64,000 nt of DNA from Antedon mediterranea. Lineage: Eukaryota; Animalia; Echinodermata. Positions 23,974-37,211 of the stretch are shown here, in pieces. The translations under genes and the position numbers were made by a program. Within the stretch, counting starts at the first letter, position 1. Every line of letters starts with the position of its first letter. The DNA is taken from the NCBI RefSeq assembly GCF_964355755.1, contig NC_092671.1, positions 7,440,001 through 7,504,000 on the forward strand. The letters are read 5' to 3'. The notes under the pieces were generated by a model that was not told where the DNA came from, searched no databases, and saw only the letters and a program-made list of their open reading frames with translations.

Positions 23974-26900
23974 TTAACTCGATTCATCTATCTCATTGTG
24001 TACAACTCTAACTGAATCAGATGTACTTAGTTTACCATTCAACTCTTGGCTTGCTAGATGAAGATACACTCCAAAAGACATCTATATTGTAAAAAATAAT
24101 CAAACAAGAATTTCTGAGTACATTGTCAAGTGGAAATATACTGTATACATTTACATAAAAATTTAGAGGGCGTCTGGCGCAGTGTGTTGGACGTTGGACC
24201 ACTGATCGTGAGATTGTGGTTCGAATCCAACTCTCGCTGCGTTGCTTGTATCCTTAGGCAAGATACTTTACTTATGTTTTCCTCTCTCCACCCAGGTGTA
24301 TAAATGGGTACCCAGTTAGATCCAGACACAACTTTGCGCTAATTACTAGCTGCGTTATGGGAGTATGTTACCATACGTGTTTGATCAACAAAAATTACTG
24401 GGGCAATAATGTGAAGCGCTAAGATGCATTGTGCAATAAGCGCTATATAAAAACGAATATTATATTATTTTTTTATAAAGCATATTAAAAGTTAATACTA
24501 CAATATACACCGTTATTTATTTAGTACTACAAACAGAAACCGAGAATTAAATTCAACCCCACATGCTCACAATACAATACGTTAATTTTGTATACAAATT
24601 TGGATTGGAGTATATGTGGTATAACTTACCCTTTTGCCTCTGAGCTTTGATAGTATTTGCAGTGGTTCTTTACCTCTAGCACCTGTCTCCTGATCAACAC
24701 AAACCATTTGGCATCTTGTGCATGGACCAACAACCTACATACCATCAAATGAAAATATATTATATTTATTATCCAATTTATTACTTGCAAATGTAAAAAA
24801 AAAAAGAGAATGCATGAATTCAAGCTCAATAAATAAATAAAAAGTTTGATTCAATATTTTACACAGAGGCATCTTTATGTTGTGCAATCTTGGTTGTGTC
24901 ACTAGACAAGATTCCTCATCCTTCAAATGGGATGTTAAAGTCATTTGTCCCATTTAGATAAATGCACAAAAGAATTGAAATAAAGAATTTGATACATTAT
25001 TTGAAAAGTAAATTGTCTCCTAGTATGTTGATTGTGGTAGATGGTGCACAGTGGCTGCCATGTGTCAGATCTACTGATTTTTCCTGTTAAACTACCATAT
25101 GTTAAATTTTATATATATTCAGTGTTTAATGAAATATTTTATAATAAGTATGCCATATAAATAACCCTTCAAATTGTGTAATGTGTTAGATATATTTTAA
25201 TATTCATTTATATTATGTACCCCCCCCCCCCACCCAATATTTTAATTTTTTACTCGCGTTAAATTTTAAGTCATTAATGTAAACTTCCTTCCAATTATCT
25301 TCTTGAAACGCTTCTTGACTTGCGAAAACGAAGTTGGCACGAAATCGACCAATCAGATTGTTCAAATCCATCTGACAATCAATATCATCTTTCTTAACTC
25401 CAATAATGTGGTCTCTTAAAATATAAAACAAATTTTAAAGTGTAAAAGATAAAATTATGTCCAACAAATATAAAATAAAAACTATTAAATATATGAATAC
25501 ATCATTAATTTTTTATTTATTTAAATTGTGGATTGAAAGAAATGATAGAATTTTTATCATCATTTTATCAACAATATGTCATCAATGTCATGAATACAAA
25601 ATATTAGCATTTCTTATACATTAGGGTAAGTGTTATATTTCAGTATTTAAAATCAGTGGAATACTGTCTGCATTTTATGTTTGAATACTTACTACATTTG
25701 TCCCAAGGAAATAGAAAATAATTACCCTTAAGAACCAAATATGAGCAAATAAAACAATTAAAACGATGGATGGGTGGATAATGCAATGTCGGCCAACTAA
25801 CATGAAGGAATTAGAAGGTGAGTGTTCCCCTGTCATCGGATAATGATTGAGGATAGGGTGATAGGTAAATGTAAGCTAGTTTGCACGCTCTTATTAATTT
25901 GGTGTTTAAATAATTTCTCAAAAGGTTTGTTGGGGTGGGGGGGGGGGGAAATTGCTCCCTTTTTCTTCTGCTGCGCCCCTGCATTAAATACATCATTATT
26001 GTTTAGAATTTCTTCATTGGACTTGATAATGACTCGATGATGTAGTAGAAACATCGTTCTTTAAAAGCTTTATTTTTCTATTAGTTATTGTTATAATCAT
26101 AATAATACCTTTGTTGTATGCATTCAAGAAGATGATCCAAACTTGCTTTATTGAGTAATAAAAATTGGGATTCATTCGCAAAAGACACTTCTACAGCTTC
26201 ACCTAGATGGAATAATAATGTATAGAAAACCATAACTGTACAATTGTGGTAACATGATACAGCCAAGCAATAAGATAATGAAATACAAAACCTAATTAAC
26301 ACCAGACAGATATTATCATTTTTATTGCTGAATATATATTCTTCCACCTGTTCATTTGTTTGAGAAAACCATGGAAACATTAAGACTGTAATGTTCTAGA
26401 TGACAAATTTCGTTTTTGTAAAAGCACAAGTTAACGGAGTACTTACTCGAACGTTTCGATCTCTATCAGAGATCCTTCTCAACTGACTGCGGAGTGTTAA
26501 TGCAGCTTGGTCATTCTTGACGTCATCTGTTGATGACGTTGTACGCCTCCGGTTGTAGGTTGGAGGTTGTGCGGGGCTCGGCCAGGTGATGTGTCTATCA
26601 AATCATTGTACAAATGCGAGAGGCGTACAACGTCATCAACAGATGACGTCAAGAATGACCAAGCTGCATTAACAGTCAGTTGAGAAGGATCTCTGATAGA
26701 GATCGAAACGTTCGAGTAAGTACTCCGTTAACTTGTGCTTTTACAAAAACGAAATTTGTCATCTATACAAAATCGAAGCTAAATGAAATTCTTTCAAGAT
26801 GTAATGTTCTAATTGTATTGTATTTGATATGAAACAGAGGCTGTATAACTTCCAAACACCTGGGACACCTTTTATGATCACAGACTGTGAAACAGACACC

Positions 26901-29900
26901 ACTCAATATCATTAATGAGACAGGTGTGCATGCTAAAATACCTAGAATTATACTTACGTGGGCAAATAGCTCATCAAATATATGTAGATTTAAGCTATAC
27001 CTACAAAAACGGAGTAATTTTGATGCTAAATGTTCTATTTCGATAAATGCTAAACCCACTACATTACGCAGCTCATAAAACTCACCAGTAAAACTAGAAT
27101 TTCTTTTGTGTTAAGGAGTCTTACTTTATACCCATACCAGTACAGTAAAATTGTGAAAATTGTGATAATGATTGAGGTCTAATCAAATAATTGAGGTCAA
27201 ATCAAACTATAATTCATAGGGTTATAGTTAAAAACTGTAAATACTGTACCGTTCAATTTTGTAAGGCGTTTGTACTGGTTGTTCTTCTTGATTAGTCGAC
27301 AGCGTTGGCCTAGTACATCGGTCAGCCAGTCAGAAACTTCTTGACCACAATCAATTCCTTGAACCCTATTACAAAAAAGGTAGTTTTGAAATCAAATCAA
27401 ATCATCACTTTTACTTTCATCTTTAGTTCTGTCCCCCAAGCAGATAATTTCTTGAATTAATCAAAATGGTATTGGGTTAATGATCTACTAGTGTTCCTGT
27501 CATCCATTCATAGAAGCACTGGTGAAGAAGGTCTATCTGGTGGCGACGAAAAAATGGACCCGAGACATTACTATACTTCGGCTTTAGATGTAGTTAGAAG
27601 ATTGATTATGGTGAATGCAGACCTTGGTTTTACGGACCCATCTCATATTTTTACATTTTTAACTCAAAGCTTAGTACAACATCTGGATGGCTCCAATGGC
27701 ACTACAAATTTAAAATTAATGATTATGGAAGAGAGATATTGTCCCTCTCATTATGTGTAATACAAACAAAAGTCTTTTTCTCATTTGGCACAACGATGCT
27801 ACCAGCTCTATTTGTCATTGGTAGACCACTCTCGTACCTGTGCATGCAAACTCGTGATTGACAAAGACTCTGTGATGATGATGGTACATCACACTCAAGT
27901 GGAACAGTCATTGGTGTTTTTCCTATTGTAAACAAAACAACAAAATAAGCATATGAAGATTAATAGCTAGTTAATCAGTGGCGTAACGCAAAGGCCTCAG
28001 GCCCGTGGTTTAGGAACCCTAAGTGGCCCTCTAACGCTGGAGGCCTCGGACGTTTTCGGTATATTTTAATGCCTGTTTTCACCCTGGTCACTGCTCAGGG
28101 GCCCCCTAGGTTTAGCTATTAAGGGCTCATAGCAATTACGCCACTGTAGTTATGTAAATTATTAAAGGAAAAAGTATAAATTGGGCATACTGTATATACA
28201 CTATGAAATCTATAGAGAACCACAAAAAGACAAAGAGAAAAAGAGATGAAAACAAAAGACTAGTATGCTTAAATATTTAGTCAGTGGCATCTTAAATAGA
28301 TGACAGTATTTATCAAAGTCTCTTATATAGATATATATTTTAATTGTTCGCTGTAATAACTTGAATTTCTCTTTTATTATTAGATAGGCATTCATATTTA
28401 CTTGAACTTTCATTTCGTTATTGCTTTTTGAAAGATTTGTCTTTCTTTTCTGTTAATTTTGTTTTTAATTTATAGATAAGACAATCTTTTTAAATAAATG
28501 AAATCTTAATCTGAAGTAAAGTTTAATCAAAACAAATAAAGTTGAACCTTTTAAACTTTTGACATTTAAATTTCTTATTTTTATGTGACAATAATTTGTA
28601 TATAATGGACTTACAGTGCAGAGATAAATCATTGTCAAGTAGATGTCAGAAAATGTATAGTCAAGCTGTCTATACATTTTCATTATCACCTGCCTCTTCT
28701 TTATATTAAAAAAAACCTAAAACCTTACCCTATTTTATTTCATGAATAATAACCAAAAATTGGATAAATTTGACAAATTATAAATACTGTAAATCTATGT
28801 GTACTTGATTTGTTTCTGTAAATAGTACAATTACAATTATATGGTTGTATTTATTTTATTTAAGTCTTTAGACACATGGCCAAGGATTAACAATAGTAAA
28901 TTAATCACTCTCCTTATAAGATAGGTAGTTTGTGAACCAGTTCACCAATGTAACCCCCTACTTATCATCTCGAATGATGAACTAAGTTCTTTAAAGTGCA
29001 CATGGGCAAACTGTGTACACTGATGGATCTATGGTTTATAGTCCTTATCCGAGAAGACTTGTTCCACCTCCAGTAGTGAGCAAGTCGTCCTCAAACCTGA
29101 TATTGTTGGCTCTATAGGTGCATGTTAAACGGCGTTCCTACCTTAACCGCTCAGCCATTTGACTCGATCAAAGTGCTCGGCCATTTGATTATTTATATTT
29201 TCTTCTACAAGCTTTGATTTCTTGGTTTTGGAATTTTTATTTATAATATACTGTTATATTTTATTACTATTATTATGCAAATGAATAAAGTTATCATCCA
29301 AATGGAGCATCAAAAGTGGGATGTCTTTTGAGATTGGTAGTGTTGTTGTTTTTACTTTTTTTTAGTTATATTAAAATCTTGTAATGTGGTTGTAGAGGCA
29401 GGTACATAAATCAAGAACAAAGGAATCATTTGTCTTATCAGTCTTAAATCACTGATAAAGACACTCCATATTGTTTTGCAAGTGATTTTAAGACAGTAAT
29501 GCAAGTCTTGTTTTTTTGCTACCCTGGTTGAGCATGGAAAACACAATAAACAAATAATATTGTAAAAAACAATTAAGCTTCTAACCTTTGGCATTTAAAA
29601 TAAGAGTATTTTCCTTAAGGTTAATGTTTGGTTTAATACAGCACAGGTTTGTTGTTCTTTTCTGTGTCAATGCAACTCCGTTTTCATTGACTATCATCCA
29701 TTCTCTATCAAATAAAAACCCTCTACTACCAATATTCCATTCTTTAACCTAATAAAAAAAATAAAAAATAAAGGAATCATATATAGAATATCCATTTTAT
29801 ATTGTAAAATCAAATCAATATAAATCTAAACTGCTCTATCTACATTATCAAACTTCATGTGACAAAAAAATGTGATGTGCACATATATGGACATGATGGT

Positions 29901-32900
29901 GTCATATCACTAACATATTTGGGCACATCCACATTTTTTTGTCATAGTGTAGACAGAGCTTTAAATTAGTAGATTAAAAAAAAATTACCTCCATTGCACC
30001 ACATGATTTTACTGGGTATAGAAACATTTTGTACAGGAACAGGTTGGTTCTAGTTTCAACTGGTTCAGCATACTGCCGCAATCTAGTTTCACATGGTTCA
30101 GGGTTTGTAGACATGAAACATTCTCTAATGAACTGGAGAAATCGTTTTGCATCTTTCCAACTGGACATGTAGCCAAATGATATCCGTACGGATCCAGTAG
30201 GTTGACCATCGATCAGGTCTTTGTCATCTCCACATTTATGTCCAGCCTAAAAAAGTTTAAATTATTGGAAATAATGTCAAATTGGAAAGAATCTGAAGAC
30301 ATAGAAAAGTTGTAGTAGTTAAAATCATGTCTTTAATAAGACATGAAATAAATAGTTTATGGAATACAAAACACCAGAATCTCCAGCTGAGCTTAAATTG
30401 AAAACTATGATTATAAAATCAATCTATGAATCCTGTCTATGCATTACCTCAAAATTCTTCTTTACTTTATCAGAAGTCAGGCCTAGAAATTTCTGACAAG
30501 CTCCTGTGTTACAGAAACACCCTGTTCTTAGTTGAATACTGTATAAGTTGGCAAGTTTATCGACCTATAAAAAGAATGAAGCCAATCTATGATAAGACAT
30601 TTCAGTAGAGTGCGTCCTTTGGGACACCTCTATTAAGGGGTATTTATATTTTTCTTATTCCTCAATAATCCCTATTAAGGGTCCTGAAAATTTCCATATA
30701 GTAGAATCCCTTATTTGGTAAAACTATTCAGGGGACACTTTAATATGAAACATTAATATAATAATATATGTTTTAACACTGATGCCAACCCCTATTAAGG
30801 GGACGATTTGGTCCCAAGGTGTTTCCTTAATAGATGTTCTACTGTAATGGTCTAACTAATGTTCTTACTTCTGAATAACCAACATAATCTCCATTATCTT
30901 TAATTATGTTAAAGTTCACAATAGCACCTTGAATATTGATGTCCTCAAAGTTATTTTCATGATAAAGCTTAGCTACAGGCTTGCTGTTGCTATGACAATA
31001 CGATGCTAGTTCATGATGGACATATTTGGCAAGAGCAAATGTATGGTGCGAAATCTGATGCATTCCCCCTGGCAAACGAAATTAAAAGAAATTTATGAGC
31101 CATCAATCATTAATTCACAATTTTAAAACATAGTTTTCTCACAAAAAGAAATTACACGTCATTTCCTATGGTGCTACAAAAGAAATCAATATTGAAACCA
31201 AGCATCAAAATCTAATTAATATTTTAATAAATAATCATTGGATGTTTGACATTAAAATCTTACATGAAATGCATCTGTCATTACAGCATCTGAATTTAGA
31301 TTCATTTTAAAGATTATTCATTCCTTTATTATTATAATCAAATCCTAGTATTGTTGATCTGCTTGATACTTAAATCTTTTTGATGTCACCACAAGTGCCA
31401 TGCCATAAATTGTTGAGTTGCTTTTGGGAAGATTAAATTGGCATGTTGGTGTCTTTATTATTAATCCTTGAAAAAAGTTTATAATACTACAGAACATCTG
31501 CAGCGGATATTGAAGACTCCAAATATTACAGTTCAATATTATAGTACACATTTGATGACATACAGGGATATAGCCTTATGGATGGTCATAATAAATGTGT
31601 TGAAACAATTTTGAGGCTGCTGGTGGTGAAAAGACAAAGCTTAGAGGAGATTTAAATTGTAGAATATTACAGAACTATCATTCATTTTCTACACGTATGC
31701 AGGTGACACAAAACAAGTTTATACTTGTAAATAATATAAATGTATGATTTGACTTAAGCTATAATGTCAACACTATCAAACTAGTTTGATGAAAAAAAGT
31801 GTTGTGCTCAAATATGGTAGTGATATTCCCAAAAACGGCAGTGATGATATTGTCATGTCCATATATGAACACATAAAGTTTGATAGTGTAGGCAATGACT
31901 CATGGTCACGTTTCTGCTTAGTAAGAACAATTAAGATAATTTTGAAATATCTAAACATTATTCTCTGCAGTTACTGCAGTAATTAAATTATTTTTTAAAG
32001 AGGCAGTCACTGCAATAAACAGTTGTGTATGATAACTCCCCCTCCTCCTCCACCTCAAGAGCTTGCTAAATATTTATTTTATATTTAATTTAATAATCAG
32101 GATAAAGGAACAAATTTTAGCTACTCATGCTGCAGTAACTGCAGTAGATTAATATTGACCATTTAGATTCATGTATTATATCATACCATTGTAAGTAAAT
32201 ATTTCACTACATGAACTTCGCCTCTTTGAAAATAAAATAGCACAATATTTCATCTCTATGATTTATCATTCAGACAGATGAGATAGCGCTCTCTGCAACT
32301 GGTCCAAGATTAAAATGTAGACATTTGTCTCCATTCCTAAACTCAGTTTTCTGAATAAATATTGTGTGGATTTAATTATCAATTAAATGAAGAGTACATA
32401 GTCGATGTTCTTATAGGTGCAATCATAGTAATAATGATGAGGTTTATAAGATTTTAGGAGGTGAATAGACTGGCGGCAATACATTTAAAATGTACAAATC
32501 CAGAGACGACAGTTCATGAAATCGATGAAATATCCATTAATTAGTACATACCTGCCAAACCCTGTAAAGTATCAAAGCCGTGACGCAAAGCGATGATGTC
32601 TAAAAATGGAAGAGTTCCGTCTTCAAACCTACAGTATATGTATAAATAATAATTTATCCATTAAATATTATTAGCACAAGCACAATATACTCTGTGGGCT
32701 TACAAAAGTGATAGCATGGCACATACATACAGTAATAATTGTATTAATATCACGTATTAAATCTTTCATAGCATAATGAAATAGGTACCATGAGACTGTG
32801 ATGACCTACAATTGAATGAAGGAATAAGATACAAAATGACTAATAATAAATTTGCTCTATCTATTTTAAAGCTTGTATTGCTATATCCACTTATGTATTC

Positions 32901-35900
32901 CTGAATAAAACAAGTTTCTCATGAGGTATAATTATGTATCTACAAAAAATGTAATTTTTTTTGAGTGGAAACCCAAACTTTTTGGTCCTGGATTTGTCCC
33001 TTCAGACCACCCATTAGCATATATTATATCCACTCATGCAATTGTAATTAATGAATAATTCATTTATATACATAATGAAAATTATCAGACTAGAAAAATT
33101 AAAATAAATAATTTTCTAACCATTCATGGATGTTAACCTTTGGCACATGAAAATGTTCAGTGCTTGAATACGCTTGAACGGTTCCTCCTCCGAAGAATGT
33201 TTTACGCAGGAAAGAAGCAGACTCATTACTAATAATCAAAGCCCCAATACCCGTTGGAAAACCAAACATCTTGTAAAATGACATGGGAACAAAATCAGCA
33301 TTGCACAAACTGAGGTCAAGTTTAGATGTCATAACGTAAGATGCTGCATCTAACAGAACACACCACCTTCCGCACCGACCAACAAAACACGAAATTTCGT
33401 TCCTTTTCAAATTGTTCGCCCAGTTTAATGGAAACTTTCTTCCTGAAAAATTAGATTGTGCGGGATAGGCAAACAAACAGTTTGGTAACTCGGTTTCGTC
33501 ATGTTCAGAAACCTGTGGAAGATTTTCTATCGAGTTTAAAACAGCGCGTTCTGAGATACAATTAAAGTCTGCACCGTGTTTCAATGCGTATTCACGCATT
33601 CCGACAACAGATGTATGGGAGTCTTCAAGATAGTATAAAATGCCTTTATTCGAATTGAGTCCATCGTTTTCATATCTTCTATTTTCATTGATAAGTCTGT
33701 TCCACTGAAATGTTTCTGCAACTAATTTAATAGCACCTGTACTGTTAGCAGTAAAGATGACACTGTGGTACTCCGAAGATGTTCCAAAATGATTTAAGAT
33801 TCTGTATTAAAAAAAAATTATTAATACTAAAACATTGGGTTCAAATTCTGTCTGATGCAATATTTTTTTTTCTCATAACAAAAACACCACTTTAAAAACT
33901 TGCTGATTACCATGTGATTAGAGACAGTGATTAAATTTATTATTCTTTTTTTTTGCAAATTAAAACTTAATTGATAGAAATAATTTGATTTACCTCTCAC
34001 GCACATTTTCAACAACTTCTGAGGTCAGTTGACTTGATTGGCTTCTACTATGTGGGTTACCATAGATGTGATTGCTGATATCTTGCATGTAACTATCAAG
34101 CTGTCTTCTTGCATATAACGTGGCAGCAGCATGGTCCAAATATACAACATCTAATAGTGGACACAAATTTGAGAAAAATAAACTGTAGCTTGGGTAATTA
34201 ACAAGGTACTAAAACTTTGGTAGATGCACTTATTTAGCTCACATAATGGAACTGTAGCTTGGGTAGTGGCACTGTACAATAAGTGGGTGGCGGCACTGTA
34301 CAATAAGTGGGTGGCGGTACTGTACAATAAGTGGGTGGCGGCACTGTACAATAAGTGGGTGGCGGCACTGTACAATAAGTGGGTGGCGGCACTGCACAAT
34401 AAGTGGGTGGCGGCACTGCACAATAAGTGGGTGGCGGCACTGTACAATAAGTGGGTGGCGGCACTGTACAATAAGTGGGTGGCGGCACTGTACAATAAGT
34501 GGGTGGCGGCACTGTACAGAAGCTGGGCGGTGACACTATATTTTGTTTAGTATACTACTATGGCATAACGAATATGAGCAATTAATCGCTAAACCGAATG
34601 TAGGGGTGCAAGAGCATGTGCTTTGATGAAACTAACCAGTGTTAGAGGGTCTCTTGGGTGTTATAAACCAAGGTCCCCAGTGTTACGCCACTGCTTCAGT
34701 GGCATGTAACTGTATCTTGGAGAGAGAGATTGTACTAGATCTTGGGAAATGGCACTGTGTTTTGTTCAGTGTGCAATGTGACTGAAGCTTAGATAGAGAT
34801 TGCACTAAATTTTGGGGACTGGCACTGTACAGTAGCTGGATAGTGGCACTGTATTTTGTTCAGTGCAGTAGATAGAGATTGCACTAAATCTTGGGGAGTG
34901 GCACTGTACCTGGCCTTGGGTGGCATGTATATTTAAGACTTTTATTTTTTTAATTCACTTACTTAACTACACAGTGCAACAACCTATGCAAATAATATTA
35001 CTGATACCCTCTTAAATGTTATCATCTCTTTCAGCAATATGGTAGCACAATATGTTTGGTACTTACATTTTATAACTACCCTTATATCATAAACATCAAA
35101 GGTTATATTCACTGAAAAGTAGGAGATTTGTGGATTATCTCCTTTGATTTTTTTTTTTTTGTAGGCTAGATCATACAGTAGTTCTAATGGATGAATTTTA
35201 CATTATTATCGTACTTTTGCAATCAGCAACAGTTAACATTCAAACATGGTAACCTATTTTGATACTTACAACATTCTACCAAGAGGCCACACTATTCATT
35301 TCACTAATAATCAGGGAGCATAAAATAATTTATTCTTTTTATACCTCCCTGACTTAATACTGTTTGTGTTAAACTGTTGGTCATCATTATTATGATAATA
35401 TTATGAATACATATTATTATAATTTTTCCAAATGCTTCGATTAAGGGTTTGTTTTTGTATGAAACATGGTGGTTTACTGCAAATGACTATTCATAAAAAT
35501 AGCACCAGATATAAAAATTGCACTAGTTGTATTGAGTATATGTTGGATACATGTCACATAGGAACTGATAATGTAAGTATAATAAATAATTTGAATCTAC
35601 AGTGAAGAGAGTTCTATTTTTTACAGGAGATACATTTGAATCAGTAACTTCATAAAGAATACTTTTAAATCATGAAAGTGAATCTCTGAATATACTTTGT
35701 ATAACTAGTTTCTCACAAATCATAAATGCGACCTTTTACAAAATAATACATCTTACATTAATGTTGGCAAATTGCGAATATTTGCTGGAATGACATATCC
35801 ATTAATGAGTAGATGTACCGTCAAAGTAATGCGAGCACTGCTATTTAAACTTGTACCATCATGATTGGTGTGCAAACATAATCACGCTATTTGATAGTTG

Positions 35901-37211
35901 ATGGAGCAATAATGAGCAAATGCATGTGTCTGGCCATGAGATTTATGTCGTAAAATGAGATAGATTGATGTTTTACGACAGGCATATGTTTTAATTGATA
36001 AAGAGTAGTACAAAAATGTATTTGTTAAAAATGATTGACAATCAGTGCAGATTTCAAGAGTTACAGAAAGCGTACAGGATAACATACCGTCTCAAAAACA
36101 TGCAGGAATCCCGATCAATAGACTAAACTAAACTATTATATTAATGTGCGATTTGCAAAAATTCAAATTGTGCAAGGATTTTCTTGCGATTTTCTTGTAA
36201 ACCGTTAAAATCGCTCACAACATAAGAACAGTAAATCAGTCTTTTTTAAACAGGCAATCATTTCATAGTCATACAATTTGATGCAACAATCAGAAAGTAA
36301 TGTCCAGTGAGTTCCGGCCACATTGAAACTAATTTTCTACTGCTAGTCTTGACCAACGCTTAAAGTAGGCCTGAATATTAGGGGAATCTGTATGTGAAAG
36401 ATAGCCAACCTCCTTCCTAAATATAACTTAAACACCATTTGTGACGTTTTGCAAAAAAAATACATACATATTACTTTAAAAACATTAAACCAGGTCATTC
36501 CTTGTCTTAAATGTACATTTTATGGTAAATTATGATAAAAATTGAGAAACAATGCTCTACCTAAGTCGGTGAATGACCTCTCGTATAGTTTGTTATTTTA
36601 AATTAGATCTAAAAAACGTAAGGAAGGGGTCTTTAACCTAACCCTCTAAAGACTCTCAGAATATAAAATAAAAAGAAGTTGTCGGAACCCATATATCGAC
36701 ATGCAAAGTCCATAGTCTAATTCATTCGACTAAACAGACAGCTCGACAGAAAGCGTTTTCATTTGTGAATTGTAGTTAGGTAAATTCTTACGTCACACCT
36801 TATGGATATGACTATAGTGAATTAATATTCATTCATGTTTATGTGATGTTTCATGAGGGGTTTCAGGTACGAAAAGCTGACTGGCTGGGCCTTGTCACAT
36901 GGCCCCTACCAACCTACACATTTTAGCATATACAAAATAGGCCCATCTATCTAGCCCAGCTAGGGTAGGCCCTTTTCTAACTAGAGTAGCCTACTACTAC
37001 TAGTAGTAAGCCTACTTACTACTACTATACTCTACTCTAGGTATTTACTAGCGTCCTATACACCCTACACAGCCTGAGCCTAGAGAGGGAGCCTAGCTAG
37101 AAAACCCTATTAAACTTGTATTTAACGCTTTATAAAATTTCACTAAACTAATTCTTATTAGATCCCATTACCTTGCAAAAGTGGAAATTCAATTTCAATG
37201 TTGTCGTTCAT
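23974..37211 (-). CDS. MOCOS: Molybdenum cofactor sulfurase (785 aa, 14 exons; PLP-dependent aminotransferase class V + MOSC domains)
   Basis: complement(join(23974..24081,24630..24734,25258..25414,26109..26202,27250..27365,27838..27922,29586..29748,29989..30246,30448..30564,30869..31068,32552..32628,33121..33801,33994..34150,37172..37211)); 2358 nt, frame continuous. Motifs: VYLDHAAAT, YGNPHS, YPAQSNFSG, LLDAAS, SFYKMFGFPTG (PLP lysine), LRTGCFCNTGAC, GSVRISFGY, LYPVKSCG, RFRANF, GPCTRCQMVCVDQETG. Confidence 0.95.
24166..24470 (+). mobile_element. tRNA-derived CORE-type SINE with L2-like 3' tail (last MOCOS intron)
   Basis: A box TGGCGCAGTGTG, B box GGTTCGAATCC, CORE-like segment CCTTAGGCAAGATACTT...CCACCCAGGTGTATAAATGGG, tail GTGAAGCGCT...AAGCGCTATATAAAAACG followed by TATTA repeats. 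Confidence 0.75.
26397..26765. mobile_element. Penelope-like retroelement relic: 3' end plus inverted pseudo-LTR forming a near-perfect hairpin
   Basis: Arms 26397-26549 and 26620-26765 are reverse complements apart from a 7-nt indel. The 70-nt loop reads LSHLYNDLI on -, resembling PLE ORF C-termini. Each arm carries a hammerhead-like TTGAGAA-G-GATCTCT-GAT-AGAGATC-GAAACGTT. Confidence 0.7.
27976..28146. mobile_element. hAT-like MITE
   Basis: TIR CAGTGGCGTAA ... TTACGCCACTG; flanks TAGTTAAT / TAGTTATG look like a degenerate 8-bp target duplication. Confidence 0.7.
28915..29165 (-). mobile_element. tRNA-derived SINE with Deu/Nin-like central domain
   Basis: On -: A box TGGCTGAGCGG, degenerate B box, then GTCTTCTCGGATAAGGACTATAAACC...GCACTTTAAAGAAC, resembling the Deu/Nin domain as I recall it. 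3' boundary approximate. Confidence 0.55.
29832..29960. mobile_element. MITE family A copy
   Basis: GCTCTATCTACATTATCAAAC ... ATAGTGTAGACAGAGCT-TTA with family-A internal sequence. Confidence 0.8.
30604..30844. mobile_element. Degenerate Tc1/pogo-like MITE
   Basis: Termini CAGTAGA ... TCTACTG|TA; internal CTATTAAGGG / GGGACAC repeats. Confidence 0.45.
31757..31891. mobile_element. MITE family A copy (degenerate ends)
   Basis: CACTATCAAACTAGTTTG...AAATATGGTAGTGATAT...AAGTTTGATAGTGTAG. Confidence 0.7.
34266..34518. repeat. 24-bp minisatellite (GTGGCGGCACTGTACAATAAGTGG) x~10.5 in MOCOS intron 1
   Basis: Direct tandem units; degenerate relatives at ~34700-34925. It generates the four overlapping repetitive ORFs at 34151-34550. 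Confidence 0.95.
36432..36632. mobile_element. Internally deleted copy of the Kolobok-like element at 43821 and 49388
   Basis: Shares ACTTTAAAAACATTAAACCA.GTCATTCCTTGTCTTAAATGTAC..TTTATGGTAAATTATGATAAAA and ends AATTAGATCTAAAAAACGTA.GGAAGGGGTCT|TTAA. Confidence 0.75.

Noticed and set aside
24166-24240. tRNA-like sequence with A and B boxes
   Set aside because: No complete cloverleaf, and it continues into CORE and tail sequence, so it is a SINE head rather than a tRNA gene.
31563-31655. Ankyrin-like peptide (LMDGHNKCVETIL)
   Set aside because: Too short, needs frameshifts to look ankyrin-like, and has no partner exons.
34151-34550. Four overlapping repetitive ORFs (YSAATHLL, TYCTVPPP, etc.)
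   Set aside because: They are translations of a 24-bp intronic minisatellite, with no splice or domain support.
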